A stretch of DNA of 64,000 nucleotides, taken from contig OX597827.1 in NCBI GenBank assembly GCA_951406725.2, positions 26,412,001 to 26,476,000 of the forward strand, in the 5' to 3' direction. The notes beneath the pieces are model-generated. The model had not been told where the DNA came from and did not search any database. It saw only the letters and a list, made by a program, of their open reading frames with translations. The translations under genes and the position numbers were made by a program. Numbering within the stretch: position 1 is the first letter of the stretch; each line of letters opens with the position of its first letter. Origin of the DNA: Octopus vulgaris. Lineage: Eukaryota. Positions 1-13,585 of the stretch are shown one piece after another.

Positions 1-453
1 TAGGAGCAGATCAACAGTGAACTACACCTGGACCCACCACGACATGCTGACTCTTATAAAACACAAACCAATAAGGTTACCTGGGATTATCTAGACATAC
101 GAACACCTAAATGCATGCCAATTTCCTCAGTCATATATTTCTCAAGTTGTGGTATACGAAGCAAGTCATTTCCATCGACTTGAGCAATAATATATATATA
201 CATATACGGCAAGAACAAAATGAAGGGGATCAGCTGTTATATATTATATTATGTCTAATTATTTATTTTAAATAATTATGAGAATATATATACATGTGTA
301 AAGATTGAGGTTTAACATATAAAGTACCAGTAATTTCTAGAATAGAGAAAGAACAACAGTTTCTTACAGCTCTTTCTGCCAAGAGGTCTCAGTACTCCAC
401 ATGTTATTTCCATCTTTTTAGTGTTGGATTCACAACCTCTAACTCTCTTTGAA

Positions 454-534
<81 letters not shown>

Positions 535-1083
535 ATGGTGGGATGTATATATGGCACCTTTCCGTAACTTCAATTCTTTTGCTATCACGTTGAGCATATT
601 TGAGTGATGCAGAATACGCAATGAATAATAATGATGTGGCAAATTATAGGAAGCTCTGGTTTATCAGACACTCGATTTCATCCGTAAACAAATACTACTA
701 AAGTCTTAATGTCAATTAAATACTCAGAGTGAAAAGACACAGAATGTTATCCTGTTATATACCACTGAAATTATTAAGTGTCCTTAGCAACCACCTTCCG
801 GTAGTTGCTACCTAGTTTGAATCGCCATAGTCAAAACTGACGTGGAATTCATTACCTGTGTAAGTGTGACTGCGTAGGAGTGTGTATCCGAGTGTGCAGT
901 TGTGTGCAGGAGAGAAAAGATGACGTAGAGTGTGGGTACATAGAAAAATACATCTATATCTATACACGAATATATATGTGTATGTAAATGGATATATACA
1001 TATGTTTGTGCGTGTATATATATATATATATATATAGTGCGTGTATATGTATGTGTATATACATAAATACATATATATACACA

Positions 1084-1132
<49 letters not shown>

Positions 1133-1521
1133 ATAATTATATATATAGATTAATGGATATATAGATAGAAAAATGGATAGTTACATATGTGTTTGTATGT
1201 GTCTGATGTATATATAACATCATAGTATGTCATTACGCGTGTGAAATAAATAGAGAAAGAAAGAGAGTAACGAAGAGAAAGAATGACTGAGACACGTGGA
1301 GCGAGAATCTCTTCATTGAAAAAAAAAGTATTGGATTTTGTTATCCAATATAATGATCTAAAATTGAAATATTGTTAATATCACAATCTGATAATAGAGC
1401 TAAACTTTCACACTAATGATCTGAAAATTTTAAATTTAACATTCAGCCAATCAGAAACAAGTTATATAATGATATCCACCTCCTCATCACTATTCTCTCT
1501 CTATATATATATATATACATA

Positions 1522-1606
<85 letters not shown>

Positions 1607-1618
1607 GTATATGTATAC

Positions 1619-1667
<49 letters not shown>

Positions 1668-1742
1668 ATGTATATATATACATATATATATATATATATG
1701 ATATTTTGGATTGCTTCTCATGACATCAGCAATATATTCATG

Positions 1743-1786
<44 letters not shown>

Positions 1787-2008
1787 CATGCATATACATA
1801 TACGCAATTGAATGTTTACATGTATTTGTGGGTTAGGGTTGTTAGTGTGTTTGTAGATACAAGCACATACATTCATACATACAAATATATATATATATTG
1901 CATATATACAAACGTATATTTAAGATTGTACGTGTCTATGCGTCTGTATGTATGTCTGTGCCTGTGCAAGACTCATGTGCTCAGAGGTATATATGTCTAC
2001 CTATATAA

Positions 2009-2052
<44 letters not shown>

Positions 2053-2657
2053 GTACATATTCGGGTGATGAAAGACACAATCATACAAGCATAACAAATA
2101 TGTACAGATATACAATCATACCGACATAGACAGACAAAACGCCAGAAACTTGTGTGAAGAAGACAAAAATAAAAAAAAAAGAAAGAAAAAACAGAAAATG
2201 AATATTCGTAGAAGAAAAAAATTAATTAAATAAACCACATATAATAAATATAATTATTATATCAAAATTGGTATCTGAAATTGAAATGGTAAAATATCAC
2301 ATTATGGTAATATAATAGAGTTAAACTCTATCTCTAACGGCGAGGATATGTTAAATTCTGAACCGACCAATCAATGTCTAGTTGTTTAATGACTCAGTAT
2401 CGTTGCACTCTAACCTTAATTTAAAAAATAAAAGATGGCTGCCATCGCTAATGTTATCATTAGAATGACTGTTACCACGTGATTATTGTGAAGAGAGATG
2501 AAATTTCGGTGCCAAACAAAGGTTGAAAGTAGTATGTGATGAGTTTGTGATAAGTCATGTGAAAAATAAAGATTTATAATAAATAAATGTTATTTTAAAT
2601 TGTTTTATGTATACATGTGTGCGCGTGTGTGCGTGTTTATTTCTATATATGTATTTA

Positions 2658-2711
<54 letters not shown>

Positions 2712-2713
2712 CA

Positions 2714-2747
<34 letters not shown>

Positions 2748-3044
2748 CATACATACATATACATATTAATACAAGCTATATCGTGAGAAGCTTGCTTCCC
2801 AACCATATGGCTCCTTGTCTAAACCCACTGTTTCTAAACTAAGAGAATGTGTTTGAAAAGATTAATCGAAAGCGCTCACACACTGGGAAAAAAAGTTCCA
2901 AAAAGAGGTAACATCTTGATATAAGTTTTATATCGATTTTTTTAAAGATGATTGTTTCAAAAAAATCCCTTTTATACTTAAAAACTATATCAAGTTATTT
3001 TTTACAAAGACTTTCAAATATAAATACATACATGCATTCATATA

Positions 3045-3097
<53 letters not shown>

Positions 3098-5051
3098 GAA
3101 TAGGAGTTGCATAGATTATTATTATCATGTGATTTAATGTTTTGCAGGCTTCTAACTGGAACCTGGTTCATTCAGGATCAGATTACCGAATGGAGGAATA
3201 CAGGAAGTACAAGATGGATATTGGTAATCGAAGATGGAGACTGGATGTCCAAGAGGTCTACTGGAAAATAGGTACTGTTAGAATTGTGATATGCATACTC
3301 CAGCAACACCAGATGTATTAGAAGGGAGAATTTCTCGTACCATGTGGCTGGACAGGAAGTTGCTGGCGTCTAGGTATCGCACGGGCCTTTGAAGGGACTT
3401 GGAAGCCGGCGAGAGAGTGTATGTGTTTTTATATAGGTGTATCTGCATGCATGTGTGTGTGTATGTATGTGTATATACCAGATGCATGAGTGTTTGGATG
3501 TAGGTGCATTATTAGTTGTATGAATATGTGTGTGCCTGCTTGTGAATACGCATGCATTAGGGCCTGCTGTATACACCTGCATGCGCAAGCATGTTTAGGA
3601 TGAGTATTTGGGTGTGCGTGTATGTAAGTGTGTACATTCTCCTATTCGTGTATAAACGTGTATGCGTGCATGCTTACGCGTGTGTGTTTGTTTGGTGTAT
3701 GCGTGTGTGTACATATACATTCATGTTTTCGATACTCTCGTGTGCAGGCGAGTCAGCGTGGTTGCAACAGTTTTACTGGGGGATGAATGGGCGTTGGATT
3801 GAGGTTTGCTGGTGACGCGGATATGGAAAAGACGAGTGGAGAGATATAAGTACACAGATGTGTGTAGGCGTATGTGCGGGTGTGAGAGTGGCCATGTGTG
3901 GCTCTGTGTGTGTACGTAGATGTGTATGCATCTGTGTGTGCCTGCGATTTTGCGTTGATTACAGAGCCGAAGGTGGCGGGTTATAGGGGTGCATACGTTT
4001 GTAGGGTTGGCCAGCGATCTGCATAAGCATCGGTGGTTAGGAGACCTATTTGGGTTGTGAGGCTGACAGTACTGAGAATCAGACAATGTTAAGGTGGTAT
4101 ATCGGGATTATCGACAGCCAATGATTTGAAGTTCATCAGGAGGGCGTACCTCTGATGGCAGCAATAAGATAGTTTGTGTTTCCTGTTGATAGATATTTCA
4201 GGCTGGTGAAGAATGCGGAGATGTCTATTGCCGGCGCCGGATGCGTAGGGTGGAGTTCTACCAATCAAGGTTCATTCAACGTTAGGGCTTTCATTCCACA
4301 CCACAAATTCCTCCTACTATTAGTCCCACAAATGTTACCACTACCGCTAACACCACCACTACCAACACCTCACCCACACCACCGCTATTACATATATCTC
4401 ATAATAGACATCACTACCGCCACAAACACCACCACCATATTCGCCCCTACTAATACCAATAAGACGATTATGGTAACCATTACCAACACGACTACTACCA
4501 GTACAACATGTATAACGGCCAGTACTAACACAGCCACCCACACTACCATCATGACTAACACCAAAACCCACACCTTCCACCACCATCACTACCACAAAAA
4601 CTACCATCACTACGACAATCGCAAACACCAACACCACCATCACAACCATAACCACCACCACTATCACCAACACCACAACCACCAACATCACCATCACTAT
4701 TACAACCATCACTATCACTCCCTCTACTATCACTACCACTACAACTATTACCACCCCACCCCTACCACCACCAACACCACCAATAATGTCATGACTAACA
4801 CCACCCCCATCACTCAAACACTAACACCAACACCTCCGTAACTAGTACAAATTCTGCCACCACTAGCACCTCTACCACTAATACTATCCACACCACTAAC
4901 ACCACCACCCTTATCAGCCTCAACCCTGCCGCTGCAGTCGCTACAATTCGTCCGACGCCTTCCTCTGATCTTCACGATTCGGAAACAGAAAATGTTAATT
5001 CTGTGACATATTAAGTATGTATGTATGTATGTATGTATGTATGTATGTATG

Positions 5052-5082
<31 letters not shown>

Positions 5083-5506
5083 GCATGTATGTATGTATGT
5101 GTGTATTTATGTATGTATGTGTTCATGTATGTATGCATGTGTATGTATGTATGTATGTGTTCATGTATGTATGTTTGTGTGTATGCATGTATATATTTAT
5201 GTAACTGTGCGTATGTATGTATGTATGCGTATGTGTGTGTATTTAAGTATTATGTATGTTTGTGTGCGTGCGTGTATATGTATGTAGGCACGTATGTGAT
5301 ATGTATACATACATTCACGCACACATATATATATGGGTGTGCATATGTGTGTGCATGTGCCTGTATGCCTGTATTTCTATGTATGCATCTATGGGTACGT
5401 AAGTATATATGCATATATGTATATATGTTTTATACGCATGCACGCACGTATGTAGCATGTATATACATGTACCTATATGTGTGTGTGCGTGTGTGTATAT
5501 ATATAC

Positions 5507-5543
<37 letters not shown>

Positions 5544-6545
5544 ATAGATAGATAGATAAACATAGAGACCTCACACACAAACATAAACACACGTATATAT
5601 GTCTAACCACGTACGTATATGCGTAAATATATGTATGTACCTTCTTATGTGTGTGTGGGTGTGTGTTTGTGTACGAGTGCGTGCGTGCTGAGTGACATGT
5701 CACGTGAGGTAGATCGATATCGCTTTGTTGTGACGTGGCTAAATCGCCGTTCACGAACTCGAGTGGAGATGGCGAAAGGGAATGGGGTGACGATGAAGCT
5801 ATATATACGTAAGGGGGTGCCAGGGTAGTTATGTCGGTAGATAGGTAACTAGGAAGATAGGTCTCTTGGTAGGTAGATTTGCAGGTGGCTGGGTGGGTGT
5901 GTAGCTAGATAAGTATGTTGGTATTATTAACTTCATCAATGAATACCACCACAAGCATTAATACTATCCGCCCCTTCGCAACAATTGTAAACACCCCTGA
6001 AGAATATTGGTAGGTAAAGAGAAAAGGGTAGGTAGATAGGTACAAAGGTAGGAAGGGAGAAAGGTGGGTGGGCAGGTAGGGTTATAGCTGTACAGCTGTG
6101 TATGTATAAATGTAGGTAGGTAGGTAGTTTGATATATAGAAGTTTAGGTAGGTGTATGTGGTTGTGCGTGGCTCGGTGGTTTAGGTGTACTTACGATCGG
6201 AAGATTGTGATTTCGATTCCTGGACCAGGCGTTGTGTTACAATGGTCCAGCTGGTAAAACTAAGTAATGCTACGTGGACCGGTGTACCGTCCGTGGGAAA
6301 GCGTAGTATATATACACCATGGAATCCGGGAAAACATTTATGGCCCGATGGCGTTGATTCTGTTTGGTAGGCGTATAGCTAGCTAGCTAGCTAGATAGAT
6401 AGGTACTTCGCTAGATAGATAGTTCGATAGATACACATGTAGATAGATAGATAAGTACTTTGATAAATAGATACACATACAGATAGAAAACTTGATAGTT
6501 TGATGGATAAATAGATAGATACACATAATGAAAGGCAGATAGATA

Positions 6546-9500
6546 TGTTTCTTTATTGGCCACACAGGGCGAACACAGAGGAGACAAACTACAAAGTAGA
6601 GCTTTTCCTTTGGGGAAGAAGAGAAAGAAAACTGTGTCGAGTTTCGATCAAAAGGGATTATAGAAATGTCAATGTAAAAAGGGAAACCAAATTAGGTTTA
6701 TCCGTGGAAAGAAAAGCCTACGAAAAGCCTACATGGAAAGAAAAGACACGGTAACCTTGAGCAATACTGTCATGCAAAAGAACACATTACAGTAGGCGAC
6801 TAATGTTTCCTTCCTTTTTTGGTTCATAGGATTATGGTCAAGATGGCTCCGTTATTCACAGGTGCCATCCTTTCTACATTCACCCATCACTAGACAAAAC
6901 GTCCCTCTTTACTCTCACCTTCATCTTCAAGTGATACTTGAAGAAGTTGATGAGAGATTGACCAGAGAAAAAAGTGTTTGCCTCTAGACCTTTCAGACAC
7001 GCCCAGCATACATATTCTTTCGCCATTCAAGGAAGGAGACGCGACAATATTCATGAAAGACTCGGTTGATTAACCCAGTCGTCCCATACGCGATAGCAGT
7101 CGTTCGGCATAGGCCCACAGGTCGTAAATGGTTGGACAATGTACGAGTGCGTGCAGGCCGCTTGCGTCGCTCTGACCGCATCTTGGGCAGGTCGGCCCCG
7201 TGTTTCTCGAGCCATGCCTGTAGAGCTTATCCCGAACGGGTAGCGCTTCACGAGATCACTGCCAGGCCAGGGATCTCTGGAAGTCGACTTGAACAGGCGG
7301 GTCAGGTATTCCTCGTCGACGTCCTGGTTCGCCCCGAGATCGTCGTCGTACCTCCCCTCCACTAATAACCTGTAGAATGCTTTGGTTGTGGTGAAGAGGC
7401 TCAAGGTCGATCCGGGACGGCATAGTTGCTTAAGAGCAACACCGACACTCGCGATGCCATTCGCCCTTCCTCGGCCTGTTTTTGATCTACAACTGCAGCT
7501 TGGTCATAGAGACGAGCTGTGGGAAAGCGTGCCTCACAAACAGTGACCACACCTGTTCACCGTCGTCTACGTAGAGCCGGAGATGTCGCAGTCTCAGCGC
7601 GTGTCTGCGCATCATCAAAGGCGGCATGCTCAGTCCTCTTTTTAACGGGTGTTGGCAGCAAACGGGTCGCCTGACCATCGGAACGTATCTTTTCCACAAG
7701 AAGCGGAAGAGAATGCGTTTCTAGTTTGGTGATGGTAGGGTCGGGACAAGGCACGACGGTCGGGTAGTAGTAGAAGACGGAAGCGATGTACTGTTCGCCA
7801 CCTCCACCCAACCTTTTAGGGACAGCATCCTCTCGGCACATTGCTGGGCGAGAATGACCACCCTACTCGTTATCTCGCTCCAGTTCTTCTTCGTTTAGAG
7901 GTCCGGACCAAACCAGACTCCGAGCAACTCGACCGAACCGTCGGTCCAGCGTCCCACGACGGAGGCGCTGGTGGACGGCATGGGCTTGCTTCTCCAGGTG
8001 TCGAGCCTCAATCCCACTGACTTTTCCCGGTTGATTTTCGCTCCTATTACCGCTTCGCAGTCTTTCAGTGTCTCACCGACCAGCTCGATGCGCTTCCGGC
8101 TAGACACTATGACGGTGATGTCGTCCGCATATGCAGACACGCTCGTCCCGCATCCCAGTTCTTGCGGGATGCCTCTCAGCATCGCTAGTTTCCGCAGTAG
8201 TGGCTCGACAATCAATACGTATAGAAGCGACGAGAGGGGCATCCCTGACGTACCGAACGTGCAATGTTGAAGGGTTCCGATAGATGTCCATTTATGCGAA
8301 TTACCGAACAGTAATTCTGTACAAAGCAGCTATCCAGCCGCGGAAGACGGGACTGGAACTAGCCGCGATGATGACAGCCTCCAAGTATCGATTGTCTACC
8401 TTATCGAAAGCTTTGGATTGATCCAAATTGATCAGGGCCCCACCCATGCCAGGCCCTTTAACTACTCCGTCTATGATGTAACGCATGAATTCTCCGGCCC
8501 GGAACGGCGCTCGTTTGCGCCTTGTCGACCAGTTCCTCTATGACAAGCACCAATCTCTTGGCTAACACCTTGGCCAAAATTTTCAAGTCTGCAGTGAGCA
8601 GAGTGATGGGCCTAAAGTTATCTATTACGTCCCCCTTGTTTGGGTTTTTCTTCAGCAGCGTTACAGCTCCTCGGCTCACAAAACCGGGGATGCTCCCGTT
8701 GTGCGGCCAGTTGCAGTACACTGCTGCCAAGACGTCTCAAAATAAGTCTGGCATAAAATTGTAAAGCTCGTAGGGGTAGACCATCCAAACCCTGCGATTT
8801 GTCCCTCAAGCATTCTGCCATAGCGTCCCGCACTTCCGCTGCCATGATGGTACCTTCGCAGCACCCTGCCTCTCTTGTCGAGAGTCGTAGCAGGCTGTGC
8901 AAGTAGGCACTGAAGTCCACCCTGCGTTCTCGCCCGCCTCTCGTCCCGAACAGTCAGGCAAAATGCTGTTGAAAGACCTCACATATTTTACTTGGCTCGA
9001 GTAATTCGCGCTCTCTTCATCTACCAGAGACCGAATGGTGACTTTGTTGCCCTGTTGGCCCTCCGCCACCCGGGCCTCTTGCGCGGCTCCAACACCTTCG
9101 TTCCTTAGAGCACGCATCCTAGCTCTGAAAACATACCCTTCGTGTTTGACATTGAAGTGTTGCTCGAGGACCAACCTCGCCGCCAAAACGTCGAATACGA
9201 TGCCACTTCTAATCGCCTCTTCTAGCTTCTTAACTAGGTCACCCTCTACTCTGTTTCTATCTATGGCTAGTGCTTTGCTATATCTAATCGCTTCTGCTTT
9301 TATTGCTCTCTTGAAGGCAAACCACCATTTGTTGTCGATGATGGCTCCAGCAAAGCCCTCTTTACTAGCGTGCTAATCCGGTCTCTGACAAAACAGTCTG
9401 GATGGGAAAGACGCGTTTAGTTTCCAGTGCCCAGGACCCTACCGTGTAATTAACTATTTGGAATTGTGGACAAACTACGCTATCTCTATCTACTGTAGTA

Positions 9501-9900
9501 TCCTATCTAAATACGATCTCGACGACCCGATGCGGTTACTGATTGTCCACATTGGTGCACTCGGGTGGCCGAGTCGGTACCTGTCAGACAGTTGAAAGCG
9601 TCTGACTAGGACTCTGAGGCATTTGCACCCCGTCTATTCCTATCTCTGCCCACGTAGTCTACATGTGTGTCCAAGGTAGCATTCCAATCCCCCACTAAAA
9701 GTAAGGGACAAGACGTTCCTAGGAATACTTCTAGACGTCGAAAGAAATCCCGCCGACTTGTTAAAGGCAGTGCGTAGACTGCTAGGAGTCGAAAAGCGCA
9801 CCCATTGCTGCCGTGGACATTCAGGACGACCAGTCTACCCTCCGGATCTACGAATATTGTCTTTACTTCGAGATCCAGACTTTTGCGAAGACAGACAGTT
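6546..9900 (-). mobile_element. 5'-truncated, frameshifted Tx1/L1-type non-LTR retrotransposon (APE endonuclease + RT) embedded in (GATA)n
   Basis: Minus-strand translations give APE motifs (FRLLAVYA...LLLVGDWNATLD, SYLDR, GPGHWKLN at 9400-9800) and RT motifs (NFRPITLLTADLKILAKVLAKRL, LDQSKAFDKVD, PLSSLLYVLIVEPL, SAYADDITV). The 3' end carries AATAAA at 6552-6557 (-). (GATA)n-type repeats flank both sides (~6390-6545 and 9905-9985). Confidence 0.9.
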
Positions 9901-9907
9901 GAATAGG

Positions 9908-9984
<77 letters not shown>

Positions 9985-10496
9985 GTAGGTAGGTAGGTAG
10001 GTAGGTAAGTCGATGGATAGGTTACCGAGGAGGAATGGTCTGATAGAAAGATGGCAAGTAGGAGCGAATGAGGTTTTAAAATAGGTGTATAGGTATCAGA
10101 TCAATGTTGGATTTTCTCACTTGCCAATCGTCATTGAAATGAGTACCACATCCACATACCCCGGTCACCATTTCGCTGCTACCTCCCCTCCTTCACTCTT
10201 CTCTATTAACCATTCCCCAGTCCCTTCTTCACACCCTCTCTTACATGCTCACACACAGATACAAGCACACAAACCCACACATACGTATATACATACACAT
10301 GCACAAGCAAAATAGATAAATACATGTATTTACACGACCAGACATTGTGACAGCAACTGAAGGGAGATGCTCGATGAGTTACGCTCTCATCTACCTTTTC
10401 AAAAGGAATGGTTTTTATACATACGCTTAAACACGCACACAAACATAGGCAGCTACCAAAATAAGCCATTGTGTTTCGAGTAGGGTAACATACATT

Positions 10497-10905
10497 CTCT
10501 CTCTCTCTCTCTTTCAGTCACTCTATCTCTCTCTCGCTCTCTCTGTCGGTCACACTCTCTCTCTCTCTTTCTCTCTCTCGATCACTCTCTCTCTCTCTCT
10601 CTATTTATATATAACTCCTTCGGTCACTATGTCTCTCTTCGTCTCTCTCGGTCACTCTCTCTCTCTCTCTCTCTCACTCTGTCTCTATCTCTCTCTCACT
10701 CTGTCTCTATCTCTCTCTCACTCTGTCTCTGTCTCTCTCTCTCTCTCTCTCGGTCACTCTCTCTCTCTCTCTCGATCACTCTGTCTCTATCTCTCTCTCA
10801 CTCACTCGGTCACTCTCTCTCTATATATATACACCTCCTTCGGTCACTCTGTCTCTCTTTCGGTCTCTCGGTCACTCTGTCTCTTTCGGTCACTCTCTCT
10901 CCCTC
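10497..10905. repeat. CT-rich minisatellite with a recurring CGGTCACTCT unit
   Basis: Repeated (CT)n-CGGTCACT blocks; the TATATATA-ACTCCTTCGGTCACT block occurs twice (~10605 and ~10822). Confidence 0.8.
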
Positions 10906-11039
10906 ACACACACACACACACACACACGCGTATGCATGTTAACACACACATTCTTGCCTGCATTTTCGTATTGCTCATCTCGGCAAAACTTGTTAAGAGA
11001 CAAACGCTTGTATGTAATATTAATTTACAATTTATTGCA

Positions 11040-11085
11040 GCAACAGTACAGCAGTGGCAGCAGCAGCAGCAACAGCAGCCGCAAC

Positions 11086-11137
<52 letters not shown>

Positions 11138-11185
11138 ATGATGCCGGTGGTGGAGCGGACAGTGGTGGTGGTGGTGGTGGTGGCG
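11040..11185. repeat. Compound trinucleotide microsatellite (CAG)n-(TAG)n-(GGT)n
   Basis: Read directly; accounts for the poly-Q/S/G ORFs here. Confidence 0.9.
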
Positions 11186-11793
11186 TTCGTGCCGGCGGCA
11201 GTGCCAAATGCACTGTCCATCATTATGGCAATAAAATGACGTAACATCTGAAATGATGACAGGGAGGGCACTGATTGAACCACTCCATCTGGCGGTCGTA
11301 TCGATAAAATATTGACCTAGTGGCCAAAGGTCACAATGTTCCTCCTTCTGTCAGCAGAACAGTGTCGCGCTGACACTTTAAATACTTCTAAAATCTGCGA
11401 CCAACCTCTTTGAAACAGAAACAAGCGCGTCTCCATTAAATCATACTTCACAAATAGCTGACCACAGAGATAACACATTGGACAATGTAATTCTAGATAA
11501 ACAATGTCTAAATAAAACTTAGCACGATGGGGTCATCGTTGGAACCTCTTTGATCCGGAGATTAACAACAATAATGGTTTCTGATTTAGGCATTAATCCA
11601 GCAGAGGATTAGTCGATACCATGGATCGCAGAACTTGAACGATGCACCTTATTTTAGCGAACCCGAAAGCATGAAGGGCAAAACTGACTTTAGCTGGAAT
11701 AGAAATAAGAACGTTGAGAGCCGGAAGAAATATTGCGAAATAAATTAGAGAATGGGGAGCACTAAACAGTGATAAGTAAAATTGCAAGGTTTT

Positions 11794-12731
11794 AATCAGT
11801 TCGAATACGCTTGAGGCACGTTCGAACCTGGGAAGAAGATACTTACTGCGTTTTGTCACGGAAAATACAGGGTTATTCAAAATAAATAAACCGATTTCAT
11901 TATGCAATATTTTAATAAGGCAAAGTAATAGAAAACTCCAGCTGAGTCACAAGTATTTACTCACAATCAACTTTTATTTCCTGTCTTACAAGTGTTCGAT
12001 GTGGCCACCACCCTCAGCACGGGCAACATCAATGCGATAAGAGAATTCCTCCCAGACGCGTATCAGCATATCACGATCCATTGAGATGATCGCTGTTGTT
12101 ATTCGATATTTAAGGTTATCGAGGTTAGTGGGTAGCGGTAGAACATAAATGCGATCTTTTACATATCCCCACAAGAAAAAAAATCTTAAACATCAAATAA
12201 CAACAGCGATCAACTGAGAGGATCGTGATATGCTGAAACGCGTCTCTGAGGATTTCTCTTATCGCATTGATGTTGCCCGTGCAGCAGGAAATAAAAGTTG
12301 ATTGTGAGTAAATACTTGTGACTTAGCTGGAGTTTTCTATTGCTTTTCCTTATTAAAATATTGCGTAATGAAATCGATTTATTCTTTTTGAATAGCCCTG
12401 TATATCCCGTTTGTTGACAAATGGTATGTAGATCAATTCACAGCGTCATCTACCCAGACCGTGAGATGCAAGCATTTCGGAGTAGTTATCTCCTCTTCGG
12501 TGATCAGTCTCTTCAATCAGCTCGTAGCGCCGCCTGCCTGGTGTCCGTGATCGAAGAGGAGATAACTACTCCGAAATGCTTGCATCTCACGGTCTGAGTA
12601 GGTGGCGCTGCGAACTGATATGGGTGTATACTCACCACTTGTCAACAAAAGGGATATATTTTCCTTAAAAAACGCAATTACTAACTTGTTCACCGGTTCG
12701 AACGTGCCTCAAGCGTATTCCGACTGATAAC
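11794..12731. mobile_element. Palindromic fold-back (MITE-like) element whose left arm is interrupted by a younger transposon
   Basis: ATCAGTTCGAATACGCTTGAGGCACGTTCGAACC (~11796) is mirrored by GGTTCGAACGTGCCTCAAGCGTATTCCGACTGAT (~12695). Inner arms AGACCGTGAGATGCAAGCATTTCGGAGTAGTTATCTCCTCTTCG (~12456) and its reverse complement (~12552). Confidence 0.8.
11868..12400 (-). mobile_element. Non-autonomous Tc1/mariner-superfamily (DD37D-like) derivative with long TIRs and TA target duplication
   Basis: TA|CAGGGTTATTCAAAA...TTTTGAATAGCCCTG|TA, with TIRs of ~115 bp plus a second inverted segment. Internal 11986-12174 (-) encodes a transposase C-terminus (FFLWGYVKDRIY...LKYRITTAI...VWEEFSYRIDVARAEGGGHIEHL). 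Confidence 0.88.
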
Positions 12732-12799
12732 AACATTGCAACTGCAAAATAAGTTTTCCGACGCTCTTATAATTCTGCAGGTTGGTCGCCTTCAAGAGC

Positions 12800-13120
12800 C
12801 AACTGGCCCTCCGTCGGTTACGACGACAAGGAATCCAGTTGATCCTATCTACAGTACACATTGTTTGAGAAATTAAGGTGCAAGTGGCCGAGCATTCCAC
12901 GGGCATTCGTAACCTTAACGTAGTTCTCAGGGCGATTCAGCGTTAAAAAGGGCTGATCTTTTGAAATACAGGTACAATCCATTGTTGTCAGCTGGGCTAA
13001 CTGGTGGAACGGAAAAATAAGTATCTTGCTCAAGGAAAAAACACGCCGCCGAGTATTGAACTCACGACCTTACGATCGTGACCCAAATACCCTAACCACT
13101 TAGCCACGCGCCTTCACACT
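12800..13120 (-). mobile_element. tRNA-derived SINE, family C (degenerate)
   Basis: Reverse complement resembles the 40856-41237 copy (GGCGCGTGGCTAAGTGGTTAGGG head; GATCAACTGGA...CGTCGTAACCGACGG tail). Confidence 0.75.
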
Positions 13121-13273
13121 AAGCAATGATACTGGACGTTTGGTTTCTCATTTAGTAATTTTAAGGTGAGGAGGGAAAAAATTACTGGATACCAGCGACC
13201 CCTAGTACTTGCCTGGTATTTTAGTATATGCCCAGAAAGTGCTGGTCTTGTGTTGAAATTTAAAACCCAATAT

Positions 13274-13460
13274 GGTGAGCTGGCAGAATCGTTAGCACGT
13301 CAGGCAAAACTCTCAGCGGCATTTCGTCCGTCTTCATGTTCTGGGTTCAAATTCCGCTGAGGTCGATTTTGTCTTCCATCCTATCGGGGTCGATAAAACA
13401 AGTAACAGTTGAGCACTGGGCTCAATGTAATCCAACTCCTAGCCTTGTGCCAACATTTGA
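13274..13460 (+). mobile_element. tRNA-derived SINE, family A (tail type 2, degenerate)
   Basis: GGTGAGCTGGCAGAATCGTTAGCACG...GGTTCAAATTCCGCTGAGGTCGA...GGGGTCGATAAA...GCCTTGTGCC. Confidence 0.8.
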
Positions 13461-13585
13461 AGGCAAAATGTATAACAAACACCAATAGAAACGATAATAC
13501 AATTTAAGAATTAAGTTTCCCGTTCCTAGCTGTCTTACTGTATGCCTGGTTGACTATAACAGGTACAAGGTACTGTGGAGATTAA

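Noticed and set aside
340-452. Minus-strand ...CCTCTTGGCAGAAAGAGCTGTAAGA resembling the 3' half of a long-stem hammerhead
   Set aside because: The CUGANGA box is absent (truncated by the TA tract), so it was not counted.
3950-4300. Complex sequence that might be a decayed retroelement on the minus strand
   Set aside because: No convincing RT or endonuclease motif could be read.
4176-4841. 221-aa Thr/His-rich ORF
   Set aside because: Degenerate (CAC/CAT/TAC)n low-complexity sequence with no domain or splice support.
10936-11283. Poly-Q/S/G ORFs suggestive of a transcription-factor exon
   Set aside because: Fully explained by the compound trinucleotide repeat; the frames close quickly on both sides.
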